From assembly GCA_046761065.1 (NCBI GenBank), contig JBHIFL010000052.1, positions 1-28,538 on the forward strand: a stretch of 28,538 bases of DNA, read 5' to 3'. The position numbers and the translations under genes are program-made. Shown piece by piece: positions 25,792 to 28,538 of the stretch; the stretch's first letter is position 1, and each line of letters begins with the position of its first letter. Source of the stretch: Candidatus Heimdallarchaeota archaeon (GTDB lineage: Archaea > Asgardarchaeota > Wukongarchaeia > Wukongarchaeales > JBHIFL01). A model generated the notes under the pieces. It worked only from the letters and a program-made list of their open reading frames with translations, ran no database searches and was not told where the DNA came from.

Positions 25792-26724
25792 ATGCGAATC
25801 GCAATTATGGGAGCGGGGGGTGTTGGCGGATATTTTGGGGCGCTGTTAGCCAGAGCGGGCGAAGATGTTACCTTTATCGCGAGGGGAGAACACCTCGAAG
25901 CAATGAAACGGAATGGACTGCAGATCCGGAGCCCAGAAGGGGATTTCAAAATAGAAGTGAAGGCAACAAATGATCCTTCTGATGTTGGCCCTATGGACTT
26001 GGTTCTTTTCTGTGTTAAAGCCTATGACACGGAAGAGGCAGCCGTGCAGGTTAAACCGATGATCTCAGAAGATACCACAGTAATCTCTTTACAGAATGGG
26101 GTGGAGAAAGAAGACATGCTTGGTCGTATTCTTGGAACCGAGCATATTATGGGAGGATTGTGTGGAGTGTCTGCCTTCATCGAAGCGCCAGGTGTCATCA
26201 CACACCATGCAGGGAAATTACTAACGTTTGGAGAGATGGATGGAAGTCAATCCACCCGTGGGAAACGCATTTGGGAAGTATTAAAAAACGCAGATATTAA
26301 TGCTATCCTATCGCAGGATATTATCAAGGCGGAATGGGAAAAGTTCACTTTCATTTGTGCAGTCGCAGGCCTGTGTTGTCTCACAAGGTTGCCTATGGTC
26401 ACGATTTTCCAATTAAAGGAAATCAAACAGCTGTATATTGATACAATGAAAGAGGTCATCCAAGTGGGCCGCAAAAGAGGGGTGGATTTGGATCAAGAAG
26501 AGCTCATTGAAAGGTTTTTAAACATCATGAAGGGAGCTAGTCCTGAAATACAACCCTCTATGCTCCGGGACTTAGAGAATGGGAAGCAGGTAGAGGTTGA
26601 GCCACTTCATGGTACCGTGGTCCGATTTGGTCGTGCCTTGGAAGTTCCTACACCAATCACTAAGGTCATCTACGCATGTCTGAAAGTTGTCAATGAGGAA
26701 AACCGTAGACGTAGTCAAACATAA
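25792..26724 (+). CDS. panE: 2-dehydropantoate 2-reductase (ketopantoate reductase)
   Basis: GAGGVGG Rossmann motif, CVKAYD, SLQNG, WEKF, SMLRDLENGKQVE. Confidence 0.92.
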   Translation: MRIAIMGAGGVGGYFGALLARAGEDVTFIARGEHLEAMKRNGLQIRSPEGDFKIEVKATNDPSDVGPMDLVLFCVKAYDTEEAAVQVKPMISEDTTVISLQNGVEKEDMLGRILGTEHIMGGLCGVSAFIEAPGVITHHAGKLLTFGEMDGSQSTRGKRIWEVLKNADINAILSQDIIKAEWEKFTFICAVAGLCCLTRLPMVTIFQLKEIKQLYIDTMKEVIQVGRKRGVDLDQEELIERFLNIMKGASPEIQPSMLRDLENGKQVEVEPLHGTVVRFGRALEVPTPITKVIYACLKVVNEENRRRSQT

Positions 26725-26802
26725 CAGAATTTTATCAACTAGGTGTTAAGCTTGCCTTTCAAGACTTTTTGCGATATTATCATTGCAATCAGGAGTGTGT
26801 GA

Positions 26803-27291
26803 TTGAAAATTAGCAAGACGGATTTGATTGCAGCAGTACGAGCGGCTAGAGCCTATCTTTTAGAAATAATTGAGGATTTCAACCCTGAAGAGATGTTACA
26901 ACCCACCAAAATAGGAAAATGGTGTGTGAAAGATATTTTGAGTCACATTGCGGGGTGGGATACTCTGATGAGAACGACTATGCGAGCAATATTCGAGGGA
27001 AAACAGCCAGATCTCTCTGCTACGAAGGATATCGATGCTACCAATGTGAAATTCGTAGATGAACGGTCTGGTTGGTCAGTTGAACAGATTCTTGCTGAGA
27101 TGGCTGAAAATCATCAAAAGATGCTTCAATTTGTAGAGGAACTAACGGATGAACAACTCTTTAAACCTCGAATTTTTGCAGGTGAGAATTGGTCCCTGGA
27201 CGGGTTTCTTAAAATATGGGATAGGCATGACCGTCTTCATGCAAAAAAGATCGTTCTTTGTCAGAAAGCGTGGAAATCGAAACAAATTTAG
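26803..27291 (+). CDS. DinB-superfamily (ClbS/DfsB-like) four-helix-bundle protein
   Basis: WCVKDILSHIAGWD and C-terminal HDRLH, forming the His triad; AGGAG upstream of the start. Confidence 0.8.
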   Translation: MKISKTDLIAAVRAARAYLLEIIEDFNPEEMLQPTKIGKWCVKDILSHIAGWDTLMRTTMRAIFEGKQPDLSATKDIDATNVKFVDERSGWSVEQILAEMAENHQKMLQFVEELTDEQLFKPRIFAGENWSLDGFLKIWDRHDRLHAKKIVLCQKAWKSKQI

Positions 27292-27373
27292 GGAGATCAA
27301 GATTAAACAAGCTAAAATTGCTTGAGTGGATACCTATAGAAAGACCGGCCAGAGAACACGGAGGATTTCCGAA

Positions 27374-28538
27374 TTGGCTGAATCCTATGATCTTGTTGTC
27401 ATTGGCTTGGGTCCAGCTGGATGTTTCACAGTCAAAAGTGCAACCACAGAAGGCTTGTCTGTTTTGGGGATTGATAAACGGGAGAGAGTAGGCTTCCCGG
27501 TAAAGTGTGGAGAATTCTATCCTTCAAGTATTGAAATGCCGTCCTTATTGCCCCAAGTAGCGGATTTCGAGTTGTTAAAGATTCCAGACAAGTTTATAGC
27601 GAATAAAACAGAACGAACAGCTTTGATTACGCCTTCAGGAGCTGTTTATTCTGCTCCATTCGATGGTGTTGTCTTGAACCGGGACAAATGGCTCCAACAT
27701 ATTGTTGCAGAAACAAAACGTTATGGTGCTGAGATTTGGACTGCATGTAAAGCCATTGGCCTGATTGGAGAGCGTATACGAATCTTGAAAGGGAGTACGG
27801 AACTGGAAGTACGAGCGAAAGTCATTGTAGGGGCCGATGGAACTGTGTCACATGTAGCGAAATGGGTAGGATTGCCACGTCTACTAACTCCCGAGAACTT
27901 GTGCCCCGTTAAACAGCATCGAATGCGAGACGTAGATGTAGATCCGAGGGTTGTTGAGATGTACTTAGGGCGAGAATATGCGCCTGGTGCTTATGCATGG
28001 ATTATCCCACGAAGCAAAAATGAAGCCAATGTAGGAATCGGGTTTCGGCGGGATTATGTACGACCAGGAGATACAATGTCGGCCGTCTTAGAGCGGTTTC
28101 TTACGAAGCATCCAGTGGCACGTGAGCGCCTAAAAGATGCTAAAATTGAATCAACTATTACCGCGATTGTGCCGGTAGCTCGGCCTGCAGAACATCCGGG
28201 GGACACAGTACGGGGACAAGTCCTGTTAGTCGGTGATAGTGCTCGTCAGGTGATTCCTTTCGTTGGAGCGGGCATTCCCCCCGCAATCATTGCTGGAACA
28301 ATTGCTGGGCGTATCGTGAAGGAACATATCCATAATGGGCTCCCATTGACACGGTATGAGACTGAATGGAAAAAACAACTGCTTGATGCACTTCAACGGG
28401 GGCACTTGCTAAAATTATTGTGGGACCGCCTTGCAGAAATGAAGGATGAACGAAAACTTGATTGGTTCTTCAACCAATTGTCCGAACAGAATCTTGCTAC
28501 AATTTTGAGAAACAAAATCCCTTTCAAATTGAAAGTTG
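27374..28538 (+). CDS. Geranylgeranyl reductase family (digeranylgeranylglycerophospholipid reductase-like), truncated by the window end
   Basis: Not in the ORF track because there is no stop. Manual translation from TTG 27374 (GGAGGA upstream): YDLVVIGLGPAG, PVKCGE, VIVGADG, APGAYAWIIP, LLVGDSARQVIPFVGAGI; open to the end. Confidence 0.9.
   Translation, partial: MAESYDLVVIGLGPAGCFTVKSATTEGLSVLGIDKRERVGFPVKCGEFYPSSIEMPSLLPQVADFELLKIPDKFIANKTERTALITPSGAVYSAPFDGVVLNRDKWLQHIVAETKRYGAEIWTACKAIGLIGERIRILKGSTELEVRAKVIVGADGTVSHVAKWVGLPRLLTPENLCPVKQHRMRDVDVDPRVVEMYLGREYAPGAYAWIIPRSKNEANVGIGFRRDYVRPGDTMSAVLERFLTKHPVARERLKDAKIESTITAIVPVARPAEHPGDTVRGQVLLVGDSARQVIPFVGAGIPPAIIAGTIAGRIVKEHIHNGLPLTRYETEWKKQLLDALQRGHLLKLLWDRLAEMKDERKLDWFFNQLSEQNLATILRNKIPFKLKV

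Noticed and set aside
27258-27491. 77-aa ORF in the track
   Set aside because: It overlaps the DinB gene end and the geranylgeranyl reductase start in another frame; the GGR frame has the SD and motifs.
27374-28538. Geranylgeranyl reductase as part of the terpene-peptide cluster
   Set aside because: It is 8 kb away on the opposite strand among unrelated genes, and GGR paralogues are common in archaeal lipid metabolism.

Overview
Archaeal window, probably from an Asgard archaeon. That assignment is an inference from TATA/BRE promoters, T-run terminators, an archaeal geranylgeranyl reductase, and a 40-aa-repeat TPR protein with a longin-like C-terminus. Left half: a decayed Lrp/AsnC regulator, a small ORF, an ABC-2 exporter pair, and a complex I-like oxidoreductase locus (minus strand J-K-C-D-H-I-M2-L-M1-N, nuoA divergent, no nuoB or nuoEFG in the window). 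The complex has four antiporter-like subunits and a 26-aa tandem duplication in the NuoL lateral helix, the signature of '2M' complex I. Right half: a visibly more AT-rich accessory region with a PNPOx-like flavoprotein between 17-bp direct repeats, a DUF2284 protein, a multiply broken QueG/RdhA-like Fe-S gene, a frameshifted TPR gene, Fe-ADH, a CPBP gene with an in-frame TGA, a DUF3795 protein, PanE, a DinB-like protein, and a geranylgeranyl reductase cut by the window end. The most interesting locus is a 699-aa fusion of an ABBA/DMATS-type prenyltransferase and an MstE-like class II terpene cyclase. It lies directly downstream of a 76-79-aa ORF ending in a Trp-containing Gly/Pro-rich tail, so the pair is a candidate archaeal system for cyclised-terpene-modified peptides or meroterpenoids. 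All family calls come from motif recognition by eye; no searches were run.
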